Source of the DNA: Vulcanisaeta distributa DSM 14429
Lineage (GTDB): Archaea; Thermoproteota; Thermoprotei; Thermoproteales; Thermocladiaceae
Direction: 5' to 3'
NCBI RefSeq assembly: GCF_000148385.1
Contig: NC_014537.1
Span: 30,001-62,000 of the forward strand
DNA length: 32,000 nucleotides
The translations under genes and the position numbers were made by a program. Shown here piece by piece: positions 9,028 to 20,949 of this stretch; position 1 is the first letter of the stretch; the number at the start of each line of letters is the position of its first letter. Below the pieces are notes generated by a model, which saw only the letters and a program-made list of their open reading frames with translations, had not been told where the DNA came from and searched no databases.

Positions 9028-10458
9028 ATGAGTAAGATCATAGAGTCAATGCCGGGTATTGTATCTTACAGTACGGTTAGGGAGGTTAAGGGGCCATTAA
9101 TTGTCATTGAGAAGACTAGGGGCGTTGCCTATAATGAGATTGGTGAGGTCGTAGGCCCAGATGGCGAGCCGAGGATGGTACAGGTGGTTGAGGTTGGCGA
9201 TAATTATGCAGTCGCTCAGGTATTAACTGGCACGCTTGGTTTGCCTGCCAAGGGCAGTACTGTGAGGTTTTACGGCAGAACCCTCAGGTTACCAGTTAGT
9301 GAGGACTTACTGGGTAGGGTACTTGATGGTAAGGGGCAGCCTAGGGATGGATTACCACTACCACCTGCTGAGGAATACCTAGACATAAATGGTGAGCCCC
9401 TCAACCCATATGCCAGGGAGTACCCTGAAGAGCCGATAGAGACTGGTGTGAGTGTTATTGATGGGTTGAACACCATGGTTCGAGGTCAAAAGCTGCCGAT
9501 ATTTAGTGGTACGGGACTACCGCATAACATGCTCGCTGCCCAAGTGGCTAGGCAAGCAACGGTTAGGGGGCATGAGGAGGAGTTCGCAATAATCTTCGCG
9601 GCGATGGGCCTTAAGTCTGAGGAGGCGTTGTTCTTCTTAAACGAGTTTAGGAGGACTGGCGCATTAAGGAGACTTGTCATGGTTCTTAACCTAGCGAGTG
9701 ACCCAATTGCCGAGAGGATATTGACGCCGAGGACTGCATTAACGATTGCTGAGTACCTGGCGTGGTATAGGGATTACCATGTACTTGTCATTCTAACGGA
9801 TATGACGAACTACGCGGAGGCTCTTAGGGAGTTATCATCGTCAAAGGGTGAGTTACCCGGTAGGCGTGGTTACCCAGGCTATATGTATACGGATTTCGCC
9901 ACGATATACGAGAGGACAGGTAGGGCTAAGGGTAAGAAGGGTAGCATCACCCAGTTCCCAATACTCACGATGCCTCATGACGACATAACACACCCAATAC
10001 CAGACCTAACCGGCTACATAACCGAGGGGCAATTAGTCCTAAGTAGGACCCTATGGGGCAAGGGCATTTATCCACCATTCGACGTGATAATGAGCCTATC
10101 GAGGCTTATGAAGGATGCCGTTGGTGAGGGTAAGACCAGGGATGATCATAAATACGTGGCTAATCAATTAATTGCTGCGTACTCAAGGGCATTAGACGTT
10201 AGGAACCTGGCCCTACTCGTTGGTGAAACTAACCTAAGCTGGCGTGAGAGGAGGTATCTCAGATTTGCTGAACAGTTTGAGCGTAGGTTCATTAACCAGG
10301 GCTATTATGAGAGAAGAACCTTTGAGCAGACACTTGATATTGCTTGGGATGTTATTAGTATATTACCTGAGGATGAATTGACGAACGTACCACCCGACAT
10401 ATCCAAGAGGTACTATAGGCGTTCGATATTTGAGTCCATAAAGGACGTAGGTGCATAA
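9028..10458 (+). CDS. atpB: A-type (A1AO) ATP synthase subunit B
   Basis: 476 aa. [45 protein letters not shown] and [31 protein letters not shown] are characteristic of A/V-type subunit B. Confidence 0.95.
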   Translation: MSKIIESMPGIVSYSTVREVKGPLIVIEKTRGVAYNEIGEVVGPDGEPRMVQVVEVGDNYAVAQVLTGTLGLPAKGSTVRFYGRTLRLPVSEDLLGRVLDGKGQPRDGLPLPPAEEYLDINGEPLNPYAREYPEEPIETGVSVIDGLNTMVRGQKLPIFSGTGLPHNMLAAQVARQATVRGHEEEFAIIFAAMGLKSEEALFFLNEFRRTGALRRLVMVLNLASDPIAERILTPRTALTIAEYLAWYRDYHVLVILTDMTNYAEALRELSSSKGELPGRRGYPGYMYTDFATIYERTGRAKGKKGSITQFPILTMPHDDITHPIPDLTGYITEGQLVLSRTLWGKGIYPPFDVIMSLSRLMKDAVGEGKTRDDHKYVANQLIAAYSRALDVRNLALLVGETNLSWRERRYLRFAEQFERRFINQGYYERRTFEQTLDIAWDVISILPEDELTNVPPDISKRYYRRSIFESIKDVGA

Positions 10459-10557
10459 AATTAGTATTTTGTAAATAATGTTAACCTTCTCGCTCGAAGA
10501 TACTTACAGAGTTCACGGCAGAGAATCTTAATAAATCCTGTAATTATCTAATTCTCC

Positions 10558-10770
10558 ATGCCAAAGACCAAGGCGAAGGAGAAGATGGTGCTGATAAGCG
10601 TGCATATACCCAAGCAAATGCTTGAGGAGCTTGACGAGTTCGTGAAGCAGGGGATATTCCCAAGTAGAAGTGAGGCTATTAGGATAGCGATAAGGGACCT
10701 GCTTTATAGGGAGAATTCGAGAAGCAAGACGCAAAACGTAGAGGATTTAATCCTATTACCTGGCAGGTAA
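10558..10770 (+). CDS. Ribbon-helix-helix (CopG/NikR-N-like) DNA-binding protein
   Basis: VLISVHIPKQMLEELDEFVKQGIFPSRSEAIRIAIRDLL is a classic RHH beta-alpha-alpha pattern. An A/T box lies about 30 nt upstream. Confidence 0.7.
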   Translation: MPKTKAKEKMVLISVHIPKQMLEELDEFVKQGIFPSRSEAIRIAIRDLLYRENSRSKTQNVEDLILLPGR

Positions 10771-10921
10771 TGATAAATATGTATGTAGTGATGTCAATAA
10801 AAAACAATAGAGTGTGACGATCAATTACTTCTTTTAAAATAATTTTACATAGAAATATATATTACACATAATTAATAGCCTTAGGCATTAACGTTATTTA
10901 TAGGATCTCCTTATTAGTGAT

Positions 10922-11497
10922 GTGAGGAGGATAATCGTAGGCATAACTGGAGCAAGCGGTGTTATTTATGGTGTAAGGTTTCTGGAGATGGTTAAGAAGT
11001 ATGCCACTGACTCAGAGGTTCACCTAGTCATAAGTAATACTGCGATTAGTATATTGAAATACGAGGTCGGTCTCGACAGGGAATCGGTATTGAAATTTGC
11101 TGATAAGGTCTATGGTGAGAATGAGTTAAGTGCGCCAATAGCCAGTGGGTCGTTTAAGCATGATGGTATGGTAATCATACCATGCTCGATGAAGACCCTG
11201 GCAGCCATAGCCCATGGAATAACTGATAACCTAATCACCAGGGCGGCTGATGTGACGCTGAAAGAAAGGAGGAGATTAATCCTGGTTATTAGGGAAACAC
11301 CACTTAATTTAATACATATTAGGAATATGGAGTTAGTCACATTGGCTGGTGCTATTGTAATGCCTGCAGCCCCAGCGTTTTATAATAAGCCAAGGACGAT
11401 TGATGATATGGTGAATTTCATAGTTGGTAGGGTCCTTGACCTGCTGGGTATTGAGAATGACCTATATAGGAGATGGACCGGTTATTCTGAGGGATAG
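10922..11497 (+). CDS. ubiX: Flavin prenyltransferase UbiX
   Basis: [47 protein letters not shown] and [15 protein letters not shown] match UbiX/Pad1. GTG start, with an A/T box at 10892-10907. Confidence 0.88.
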   Translation: MRRIIVGITGASGVIYGVRFLEMVKKYATDSEVHLVISNTAISILKYEVGLDRESVLKFADKVYGENELSAPIASGSFKHDGMVIIPCSMKTLAAIAHGITDNLITRAADVTLKERRRLILVIRETPLNLIHIRNMELVTLAGAIVMPAAPAFYNKPRTIDDMVNFIVGRVLDLLGIENDLYRRWTGYSEG

Positions 11498-11529
11498 CAT
11501 AGTAATTTAAGAATGGGTTTGTTTAAACG

Positions 11530-12561
11530 GTGTTAAATAGGGTTATGGATGTGCCGATGTGCACGAGGTGTGGTAGGAGACCCGCGAATTATTACAGGGT
11601 GTCTAGCGGTGAGAAGCTTTGCCTTAACTGCTTATTTAGGTCTATCGAGGATACCGTGCTTCGAACAATTAGGAAGTATCGATTAATAAGTGATGATGAT
11701 AGAATTGGCATTGCAATAAGTGGCGGTAAGGATAGCCTAACCCTAATGTATTTATTGGGTAAGTTCAGGAGACAGGGCAAAATACCAAGGAATGTCGAGT
11801 TGATTGCGTTCAGTATTAATGAGGGCCATCCCTACAGTTGCTTCTATAGAATGGCTAGGGTTGATTACGTGCAGAAACTGAGTGAGGAATTCAACATACC
11901 CTATAGGGTGTATACGTTCAAGGAGTTATTTGGTGTTACAGCCACGGACATAGCGCATGGGTTGTGGTCTAAGGGCATTAATGTGCATATGTGTACGATA
12001 GATGGCGTACTAAGGCGTAGGGCCATGAACATAATCGGCCGCCAACTAGGCCTAACAAAAATAGCGACTGGGCATAACCTAGATGATGAGTCGCAGACGG
12101 TATTACTTAACGTGCTTAGCAATGACTTAGATAGATTCGCGTGGTTTGGCCCAAGGCCTGAGATTGATAGGGAGGGTTTCATACCAAGGATTAAGCCTCT
12201 TCGTTTTGTGAGGGAGGAGGAGATTGCGCTATATGCTTATTATCACGGAATACCACTGATGGAGCTTGAGTGTCCCTTCGTATATAGTAACCCTAGGTAT
12301 GAGCTTAAGTTCACGCTCGCCCACTGGGAGAGGGATAACCCAAATGTTAAGTTTTCCCTGGTATCCTTCGGTGATTCACTGGCAAACCTAATGGGTGAGA
12401 AGGCCGTGAATGTACCACTAAAAAGGTGTAAGTACTGTGGTGAACCAACATCTGGCGATGTGTGCAGGGTTTGCGAATTAATGAGTAGGGCGGGTTTATT
12501 GGAGAGATACCTGAATCATTTAAGGACCTTGAAACTTATGGATACGCAATCCCCCTCGTAA
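11530..12561 (+). CDS. PP-loop ATPase of the TtuA/Ncs6 (tRNA 2-thiolation) family
   Basis: N-terminal CTRCG...CLNC and C-terminal CKYCG...CRVC zinc-finger pairs flank the SGGKDS PP-loop and GHNLDDE. The start is uncertain (GTG 11530, or ATG 11545). Confidence 0.8.
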   Translation: MLNRVMDVPMCTRCGRRPANYYRVSSGEKLCLNCLFRSIEDTVLRTIRKYRLISDDDRIGIAISGGKDSLTLMYLLGKFRRQGKIPRNVELIAFSINEGHPYSCFYRMARVDYVQKLSEEFNIPYRVYTFKELFGVTATDIAHGLWSKGINVHMCTIDGVLRRRAMNIIGRQLGLTKIATGHNLDDESQTVLLNVLSNDLDRFAWFGPRPEIDREGFIPRIKPLRFVREEEIALYAYYHGIPLMELECPFVYSNPRYELKFTLAHWERDNPNVKFSLVSFGDSLANLMGEKAVNVPLKRCKYCGEPTSGDVCRVCELMSRAGLLERYLNHLRTLKLMDTQSPS

Positions 12562-13226
12562 CTCCTACCCACAGCCTCAACATTACTCTTTAGAATCTGT
12601 GATAAGAACCCCGTATAGTACTCAATCATTAATTCCTCCATTACGTGCTTATCATTCAATTCAGAGCAGGACCTGATAGTAATGGTTCCATCCCTTTCAG
12701 TGAGCACAACCTTTCCTAACCCTCTGAATTGCCCCATTTTAATGAGCTCACTAAGATTGCTGTTACGTAGGAGTGATGCATCGTACGTGCCCAATTCCCT
12801 AATTATCCTCCTGAACTCCGGGTTTGTTAATAGGTCTTTAGTTCTCTCCAGCTCAATTACGAGAACCTGCTTATCCCTAAACGTGGGCATAATCATTGAT
12901 GGCACCATAAAGGCCTCCTTCTCAACAATCCTATACTTAACCCACTCAACGAAGGAGAACCTCTTCAATTCCTTCTCCAGATCATTTAGTGATGTGTCGG
13001 TGTTTGTGAGGTCGACAACGAAGTGTAGGAGTAGTTGGGTCCTATTGACGGATATGTTGAGGATATTTATCCCATGGTCCGCGAATACGTTAGATAATGC
13101 GGCGAGTATTCCTGGCCTATCTGCCGTGAACTTAATTAGGAATTCACCGAGTACCTTGTCCTTACCCTCAAATGACATTGCAAAGTCCCTATACAATACC
13201 TCCACAAGCAAGCCCCAAGAAGTCAT
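12516..13226 (-). CDS. ACT-domain protein with an uncharacterised (possibly V4R-like) C-terminal domain
   Basis: FLIKFTADRPGILAALSNVFADHGINILNISV is an ACT-type motif. The start is uncertain: ATG 13226, or GTG 13205, which is better spaced from the A/T box at 13229-13240. The 3' end overlaps the convergent gene by 46 nt. Confidence 0.6.
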   Translation of the reverse strand: MTSWGLLVEVLYRDFAMSFEGKDKVLGEFLIKFTADRPGILAALSNVFADHGINILNISVNRTQLLLHFVVDLTNTDTSLNDLEKELKRFSFVEWVKYRIVEKEAFMVPSMIMPTFRDKQVLVIELERTKDLLTNPEFRRIIRELGTYDASLLRNSNLSELIKMGQFRGLGKVVLTERDGTITIRSCSELNDKHVMEELMIEYYTGFLSQILKSNVEAVGRSYEGDCVSISFKVLK

Positions 13227-13296
13227 GGTTTAAAAACTTATTTGCTATGTAACTCGCGAGGAGTATTTAACGTTGGCTCACGTATTATTGCGCAAC

Positions 13297-15786
13297 ATGG
13301 ATGAGTTATCTTTTAAAGGTACTCTAGAGTTAGGTGTTGGGACCTTTATTGGTATGGAGTTTAAACCCAGGCTTCAGGAGAAGAGATGGGATATCTCAAA
13401 GGAGGTAGAGTTGATTAGGAAGTGGGAGGAGGAGGGTTTATTTGATGTTAATATTGATGAAAAGAGACCAACAATAGTAATTGACACGCCACCGCCATAC
13501 CCATCAGGGAGGCCTCACATAGGTGGCATAGCGCATTATGCCCAAATCGACATGATTGCCAGGTTCTTCAGGATGAGGGGTTACAATGTAATATTCCCAT
13601 TCTATGCCGATAGAAATGGATTGCCCGTTGAGGTCCAGGTGGAGAAGACGTATGGTATAAACATGTATGAAGTGCCTAGGGAGAAGTTCCTTGAGCTGTG
13701 TAGGAAGTTCCTTGATGAGTATGAAGGCGAATTCGTGAGTATATTTAGGCGTTGGGGTGGTTCCTTCAGTTATTGGAGGAATGGCACGGATAGTGAGGAG
13801 TACAGGAGGGTTACGCAAGAGACGTTCATTAACCTATGGAATAGGGGCTTGATTTACGAGGCGAGTAGGCCAACCCTATGGTGTCCAAGGTGTAGGACTG
13901 CGTTGGCCGAGGCTGAGGTTGAGTATAGGGAGGAGGACTCGTACCTAAACTACATCAAGTTTAGGGTTAAGGAGACCGGTGAGGACATAATCATAGCGAC
14001 CACAAGGCCTGAGTTATTACCAGCCACTGTTGCCGTCGCCTTCAACCCAGGCGATAATAGGTATAAGAGGTTGGAGGGTTTACACGCCATTGTTCCTCCA
14101 TTAAACCAGGAGGTCCCCATCGTATCACATCCATCGGTTAAGCCCGACTTCGGCACGGGCCTTGAGATGATAAGTACATTTGGCGATACTCGGGATTTGA
14201 TGGTTGTTAATGAGTTGAAACTGCCCATGAAGATCATTGTTAATCCAGATGGCACATTGAATGAGTTGGCAGGTAAGTATAAGGGGCTGAATGTTAGGGA
14301 GGTTAGGGAAGTGATAATTAAGGACCTTCAGGAGGCTGGTCTGCTCGTTAAGAGGGAGCCTCTTAGACATACAATACCAATTTGCTGGAGGTGTAAGACA
14401 CCAATAGAAATAATAGTGACTAGGGAGTACTTCCTAAAGCAACTTCAGTTTAAGGATGAACTAATAAAGCTTGTGCAGAACGAGATGATTATTAAACCGC
14501 CCGAATACGCACAGACACTTATTGATTGGATTAGGTCTCTCGAGTTTGACTGGCCCATATCGAGGCGTAGATACTACGGTACCGAGATACCAATTTGGTA
14601 CTGCATTGATGAGGAGGGTAATGCGAAACCCATTGTTCCAAAGCCAGGTAAGTACTATAGGCCGTGGAAGGACGAACCACCACCCGAGGTTAAGGAGCAG
14701 TGCCCAAGCGGTAAATTGGTGGGTGAGGATAGGGTGTTGGATACTTGGTTTGACTCATCAATATCCTGGATATACGCCACAGGCTACACCAAGCCCAATA
14801 TAAGGGTTTTCGAGAAGGTTTACCCACACAGCATACTTAGACCCCAGGGCTATGACATAATCAGGACTTGGCTGTACTACTCCGTGGTTAGGGCATACCT
14901 ACTCTACGGTAAGCCGCCCTTTAAGTACGTTAGGATAAGCGGCATGGGACTTGATGAGAAGGGCGAGGCCATGCACAAATCCAAGGGTAATATAATAGAC
15001 CCAATACCGCCAGTGGAGAAGTACGGCGCCGATGCGGCGAGGTTCTGGGCTGCTGCGTCAGCGAAGCTCGGTAGTGATTATAGGTATAGCGAGCAATTAA
15101 TAAGGACAGGCCACGACTTCGCGGTTAAGTTATGGAATATTGCTAGGTTCGTTTCCTCATTCCCCGAGGTTAATGATAATTATGAATTAACACCACTAGA
15201 CCTAATGATATTGGCTAAGTTGAACGAAGTTGTTAGGGCCTCCTTAAACGCGTATAATGAGTTTGATGTTTACGTACCCATCAACACGCTTTACGACTTT
15301 ACATGGCACGTCTTTGCCGATCACTATCTTGAGGCTGTTAAGTCGAGGGCCTATAATAGGGATGGCCTATTCACGGAGAAGCAGCAGAGGGGCGCCTGGT
15401 TCACGCTATATAAGGTCTTGAAGACGGTGCTTAAGCTCCTCGCACCCATAATGCCCTTTGTGACGGACCAAATATGGAGGAGCCTATACGGTGAGTCAAT
15501 ACATAGGCAGTTGATTGAGGATCCAGATCCAAGATTCGATAATAAGGAATATCTCAACATGCTTGAGCCATTCATGGAGTTCAACAGGGCAATATGGACG
15601 TATAAGAATAAGTCTGGTTTAAGCCTTAATGAGCCCATTGACGGGGTCATATACGCACCTGAGGTCCTTAAGCCCCTGGAGCTTGAGCTAAAGGCTATGC
15701 ATAAGATTAGGGAGATTAGGTTCGGGAAACCCGTGGGGAACTACGAGGTATTGAGTGAATCACCACCAGTATACCTTGTTAAGTAA
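13297..15786 (+). CDS. valS: Valyl-tRNA synthetase
   Basis: Class I aaRS. PPPYPSGRPHIGG (HIGH region), ATTRPELLPATVAVAFNPGDNRY and FGTGLEMISTFGDTRD (ValRS-type CP1 editing domain), MHKSKGN (KMSKS region). The ~810-830 aa length fits archaeal ValRS. I prefer ATG 13297, which is 30 nt downstream of GTATTTAA at 13263-13270. ATG 13354 is an alternative, and the track's TTG at 13273 is unlikely. Confidence 0.88.
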   Translation: MDELSFKGTLELGVGTFIGMEFKPRLQEKRWDISKEVELIRKWEEEGLFDVNIDEKRPTIVIDTPPPYPSGRPHIGGIAHYAQIDMIARFFRMRGYNVIFPFYADRNGLPVEVQVEKTYGINMYEVPREKFLELCRKFLDEYEGEFVSIFRRWGGSFSYWRNGTDSEEYRRVTQETFINLWNRGLIYEASRPTLWCPRCRTALAEAEVEYREEDSYLNYIKFRVKETGEDIIIATTRPELLPATVAVAFNPGDNRYKRLEGLHAIVPPLNQEVPIVSHPSVKPDFGTGLEMISTFGDTRDLMVVNELKLPMKIIVNPDGTLNELAGKYKGLNVREVREVIIKDLQEAGLLVKREPLRHTIPICWRCKTPIEIIVTREYFLKQLQFKDELIKLVQNEMIIKPPEYAQTLIDWIRSLEFDWPISRRRYYGTEIPIWYCIDEEGNAKPIVPKPGKYYRPWKDEPPPEVKEQCPSGKLVGEDRVLDTWFDSSISWIYATGYTKPNIRVFEKVYPHSILRPQGYDIIRTWLYYSVVRAYLLYGKPPFKYVRISGMGLDEKGEAMHKSKGNIIDPIPPVEKYGADAARFWAAASAKLGSDYRYSEQLIRTGHDFAVKLWNIARFVSSFPEVNDNYELTPLDLMILAKLNEVVRASLNAYNEFDVYVPINTLYDFTWHVFADHYLEAVKSRAYNRDGLFTEKQQRGAWFTLYKVLKTVLKLLAPIMPFVTDQIWRSLYGESIHRQLIEDPDPRFDNKEYLNMLEPFMEFNRAIWTYKNKSGLSLNEPIDGVIYAPEVLKPLELELKAMHKIREIRFGKPVGNYEVLSESPPVYLVK

Positions 15787-16900
15787 TTCTTTTGTAAAAT
15801 AATAAGGTTGCTCCAATGATCACCAACGCTGCCGATGCAATACCTATAATTAGTAATGTTTCTGGAAAGTCGTAATACTGAAGTAGGAAACCTATTACAT
15901 AGGGTGATATCGAACCACCTAATTGACTCATGAAATTAAGAAACCCACTCGTCGCGCCAATGTTAGTCGTGAGTCTCGAAATCGCGATTGAGGGTGCCGC
16001 GTAAAAACCGTAGAAGAAGCCCAGGAGTAGCATTAGGAATGCCAGTAGGTATAAAATTGATAGCCTGGGTATAACCGAGACTATTATCGCTAATAATAAT
16101 GAGGATAAGATACTCGGTAATGCATACCCCACCCTATCACCAAGGTATCCGCCAATCACGGCACCCACAGACCCCATTATGGACGCTAGGAAGGCATAAA
16201 AGCCGCTAAATGATGGTGAAACCTTAAGCACATGAACAACGTAGTAAGTTGACCAACTAAGGAAACCAAGGTATGAGAAGCCCGAGGATAATCTAATGAA
16301 CCCCATGCCAAGTATCCTCAGGTTACCAGGACCAATGTAAATAGTACCACCAACCCTACCACGCCTTGGTACCTTAGCCACTGGTATTATTGATGAAATG
16401 ACGATGATAGAGTATGCAATGAACGGTATGAATCTATTTATCGAGAATAATAGTGGTGATATCATTATTGAGACCGATGATGCCAGGAAGAACATGCTCT
16501 GGTAAATACCCGCGCCAAGACCTCCCCTGCTATAATTCGATAATACCATGCTTATCAGTGCCACGTAAGCTATCGCGAGTAGCGAACCCATGATGAACTG
16601 AACAATTAATAATAGGTAGTATTGGTTGATTATGATTGGGTAGAGGACATTAATTATTGAGATTAGTATTAGTACGTAAATTACGACGTTATACCCATAC
16701 TTATCAACTATTAATCCGCCTATGACTTGGAATATCGTATAGCCCACCCAGAGGGCTGAAATTATTAAGCCCCCCATCACAGTATTAATGCCATTCAGCC
16801 CAATTAGGTATGGTAGTAGTGATGGTATGGAGAACCTCACGAGTACCACGGAGAAGAAGGCTAGTGATGCTATTAGTACTATTGTCAGTCCCCTCTCCAT
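15779..16900 (-). CDS. MFS transporter
   Basis: 373 aa with about 10-12 hydrophobic helices. GGLIVDKYGYN resembles the MFS loop 2-3 motif. It overlaps the valS stop by 8 nt (convergent). Confidence 0.75.
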   Translation of the reverse strand: MERGLTIVLIASLAFFSVVLVRFSIPSLLPYLIGLNGINTVMGGLIISALWVGYTIFQVIGGLIVDKYGYNVVIYVLILISIINVLYPIIINQYYLLLIVQFIMGSLLAIAYVALISMVLSNYSRGGLGAGIYQSMFFLASSVSIMISPLLFSINRFIPFIAYSIIVISSIIPVAKVPRRGRVGGTIYIGPGNLRILGMGFIRLSSGFSYLGFLSWSTYYVVHVLKVSPSFSGFYAFLASIMGSVGAVIGGYLGDRVGYALPSILSSLLLAIIVSVIPRLSILYLLAFLMLLLGFFYGFYAAPSIAISRLTTNIGATSGFLNFMSQLGGSISPYVIGFLLQYYDFPETLLIIGIASAALVIIGATLLFYKRIT

Positions 16901-16922
16901 TCATATTATCGTCCATAGAAGG

Positions 16923-16933
16923 GTTAATAAATG
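16923..16933. promoter_or_regulatory. Central A/T box GTTAATAAATG in a 56-bp divergent spacer (candidate shared, bidirectional TATA element)
   Basis: Its centre is about 28 nt from the MFS ATG (16900, minus strand) and about 29 nt from the EF-1beta ATG (16957, plus strand). Confidence 0.45.
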
Positions 16934-16956
16934 CTTAATTTTACCACGCCAATACT

Positions 16957-17235
16957 ATGGCAGAGGTATACCTTGTCTATAGGGTTACGCCGAGTAAGTC
17001 GGACGTTAATTATGAGGAGCTGAAGAATGAAATAAAGAAGGCTCTCGAGCCTAAGTACAAGGTGGATAAGGTTGAGGAGGAGGACATAGGCTTCGGCATT
17101 AAGGCGCTTAGGGTCTACATAAGGATGCCTGAGGAATCCGAGGAGCACTCCAGCGATGAGGTTGAGAACATACTAAGTGGGATTGAGGGCATTGGCAGTA
17201 TTGAGCTTGAGTACTTCACCAGGCTCGGCTTCTAA
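16957..17235 (+). CDS. Translation elongation factor aEF-1 beta
   Basis: 92 aa. The VYRVTPS...[17 protein letters not shown]...[17 protein letters not shown] pattern and the size are typical of archaeal EF-1beta. Confidence 0.88.
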   Translation: MAEVYLVYRVTPSKSDVNYEELKNEIKKALEPKYKVDKVEEEDIGFGIKALRVYIRMPEESEEHSSDEVENILSGIEGIGSIELEYFTRLGF

Positions 17236-17303
17236 GCGTTGAACTCAAAATAAGTCAGTGAAAACTAATAACGCAATAAGTTTTTTAATTCCACGAGTAA
17301 TAA

Positions 17304-19529
<2,226 letters not shown>

Positions 19530-19578
19530 GGATTAAAAATAAAACATTCCTCACAAGCAATAACCTGGTTCAGGAAAT

Positions 19579-19806
19579 ATGAGAAGGCCTGTGCCCATTG
19601 AGGCTTTGATCATGGATTTAATAAGGGATAAGGGCGACATGTGGTTTAATGACCTAATGCAGGCGCTGAGGGCTTGGTATCCAGACGTTACGGAGAAGGA
19701 GGTTTTAATGGCATTAATGAGGCTTGAGCTCAGTAGGTTGATAATCGTTCAGAAGGTTGTTAGGAAGGATGGGGCTACGTACCATATAAGGGTTGTTAAG
19801 GATTAA
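19579..19806 (+). CDS. Small hypothetical protein, possibly winged-helix-like
   Basis: 75-aa ORF with coding-like composition, 50 nt downstream of cdc48. I recognised no family. Confidence 0.5.
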   Translation: MRRPVPIEALIMDLIRDKGDMWFNDLMQALRAWYPDVTEKEVLMALMRLELSRLIIVQKVVRKDGATYHIRVVKD

Positions 19807-19857
19807 TTAGGGAAAGAGATAAATGGCTTGCTTCATAAGTTTAGTTGGGTTACCTAA

Positions 19858-20907
19858 ATGGGCGTTACTGAGCTCGGTAAGTTAATTCCAGAGGGTGTCA
19901 GAAAGACCGTAGAGTTCACCCAATTATCAAATAGGATAGTGGCATTGGATGCGTATAATGCACTTTATCAATTCCTAGCGTCAATTAGGCAGCCGGATGG
20001 TACACCACTCATGGATTCCAAGGGGAGAATAACGAGCCACCTGAGCGGATTATTATACCGAACAATAAACTTTCTTGAGAATAGGATATGGCCTGTGTAC
20101 GTATTTGATGGTAAGCCACCTGAGGAGAAGACGCTGGAGATTGCGAGGAGGAGGAAGGTTAGGGAGGAGGCCATGGATAAGTGGGTTAAGTTGCTTGAGG
20201 AGGGTAAGAGGGAGGAGGCTAGGAAGTACGCGCAGAGGGCGTTGTTTCTAACTGATGATATGGTTGAGGATGCAAAGAAGCTACTGAGGTTAATGGGCAT
20301 ACCAGTGGTTCAGGCAATGGCTGATGGTGAGGCTCAGGCAGCTGTAATAGCCAGGGAGGGCAAGGCCTGGGCCGCGGGTAGTCAGGACTATGACTCATTA
20401 CTGTTCGGAGCACCCAGGTTAGTCAGGAACCTCGCCATAACCGGGCGTAGGAAATTACCGAATAAGGATGAGTACATCGAGATTAAACCCGAGATAATAG
20501 AACTCAATGAGGTTCTTAAGGCATTGAAGCTTAAGGACAGGACGCAGTTAATAGACTTGGCAATACTCCTCGGGACCGACCTAAACCCAGATGGCGTGCC
20601 AGGCATTGGGCCGCAGAGAGCCCTTAGGCTGATCCAGGAATTTGGCGGCCTTGAGAAGTTACTCCAGGGCCCATTAAAGAATGCGCAATTCCCAACGGAC
20701 CCACTAAAGATACGTGATTACTTCCTAAATCCGCCATACAACCCGAATTATAAAATAGAATTTGGGCAACCCGATGAGAGAGGGATAGTTGAGTTCCTGG
20801 TTCACGAGCATGACTTCAATGAGGAGAGGGTTAGGAATGCAATCGAGAGGCTTAAGAAGGCCATGGGTAAGAGGAGGGAGTCAACCCTTGACTCATTCTT
20901 TGGATAA
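19858..20907 (+). CDS. fen: Flap endonuclease 1 (FEN-1)
   Basis: MGVTELGKLIP N terminus, DGEAQAA, GSQDYDSLLFG, an H3TH region (ILLGTDLNPDGVPGIGPQRA), and a C-terminal PIP-like box ESTLDSFFG. Confidence 0.95.
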   Translation: MGVTELGKLIPEGVRKTVEFTQLSNRIVALDAYNALYQFLASIRQPDGTPLMDSKGRITSHLSGLLYRTINFLENRIWPVYVFDGKPPEEKTLEIARRRKVREEAMDKWVKLLEEGKREEARKYAQRALFLTDDMVEDAKKLLRLMGIPVVQAMADGEAQAAVIAREGKAWAAGSQDYDSLLFGAPRLVRNLAITGRRKLPNKDEYIEIKPEIIELNEVLKALKLKDRTQLIDLAILLGTDLNPDGVPGIGPQRALRLIQEFGGLEKLLQGPLKNAQFPTDPLKIRDYFLNPPYNPNYKIEFGQPDERGIVEFLVHEHDFNEERVRNAIERLKKAMGKRRESTLDSFFG

Positions 20908-20949
20908 TCCATTGGTGGGTTAAGCTTAAAATAATCAAGGACCTTAACC

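Noticed and set aside
10528-10734. 68-aa minus-strand ORF overlapping the RHH gene
   Set aside because: The plus-strand frame gives a textbook ribbon-helix-helix sequence with a correctly spaced A/T box. The minus frame has no features.
12682-13233. 183-aa plus-strand ORF overlapping the ACT-domain gene
   Set aside because: It is a Ser/Leu/Asn-rich low-complexity shadow of the minus-strand gene, which has a recognisable ACT motif.
13273-13296. TTG start proposed by the ORF track for valS, and the TTG at 24531 for the surface protein
   Set aside because: TTG 13273 begins 3 nt after the candidate TATA box (13263-13270), leaving no room for the usual 25-30 nt spacing. ATG 13297 is correctly spaced. 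For 24531, an ATG four codons downstream (24519) gives the same signal-anchor.
16788-17148. Small ORFs 16788-16982 (+) and 16924-17148 (-) spanning the MFS/EF-1beta promoter region
   Set aside because: They overlap well-supported genes and run across the divergent promoter, so they are most likely artefacts of ORF calling.
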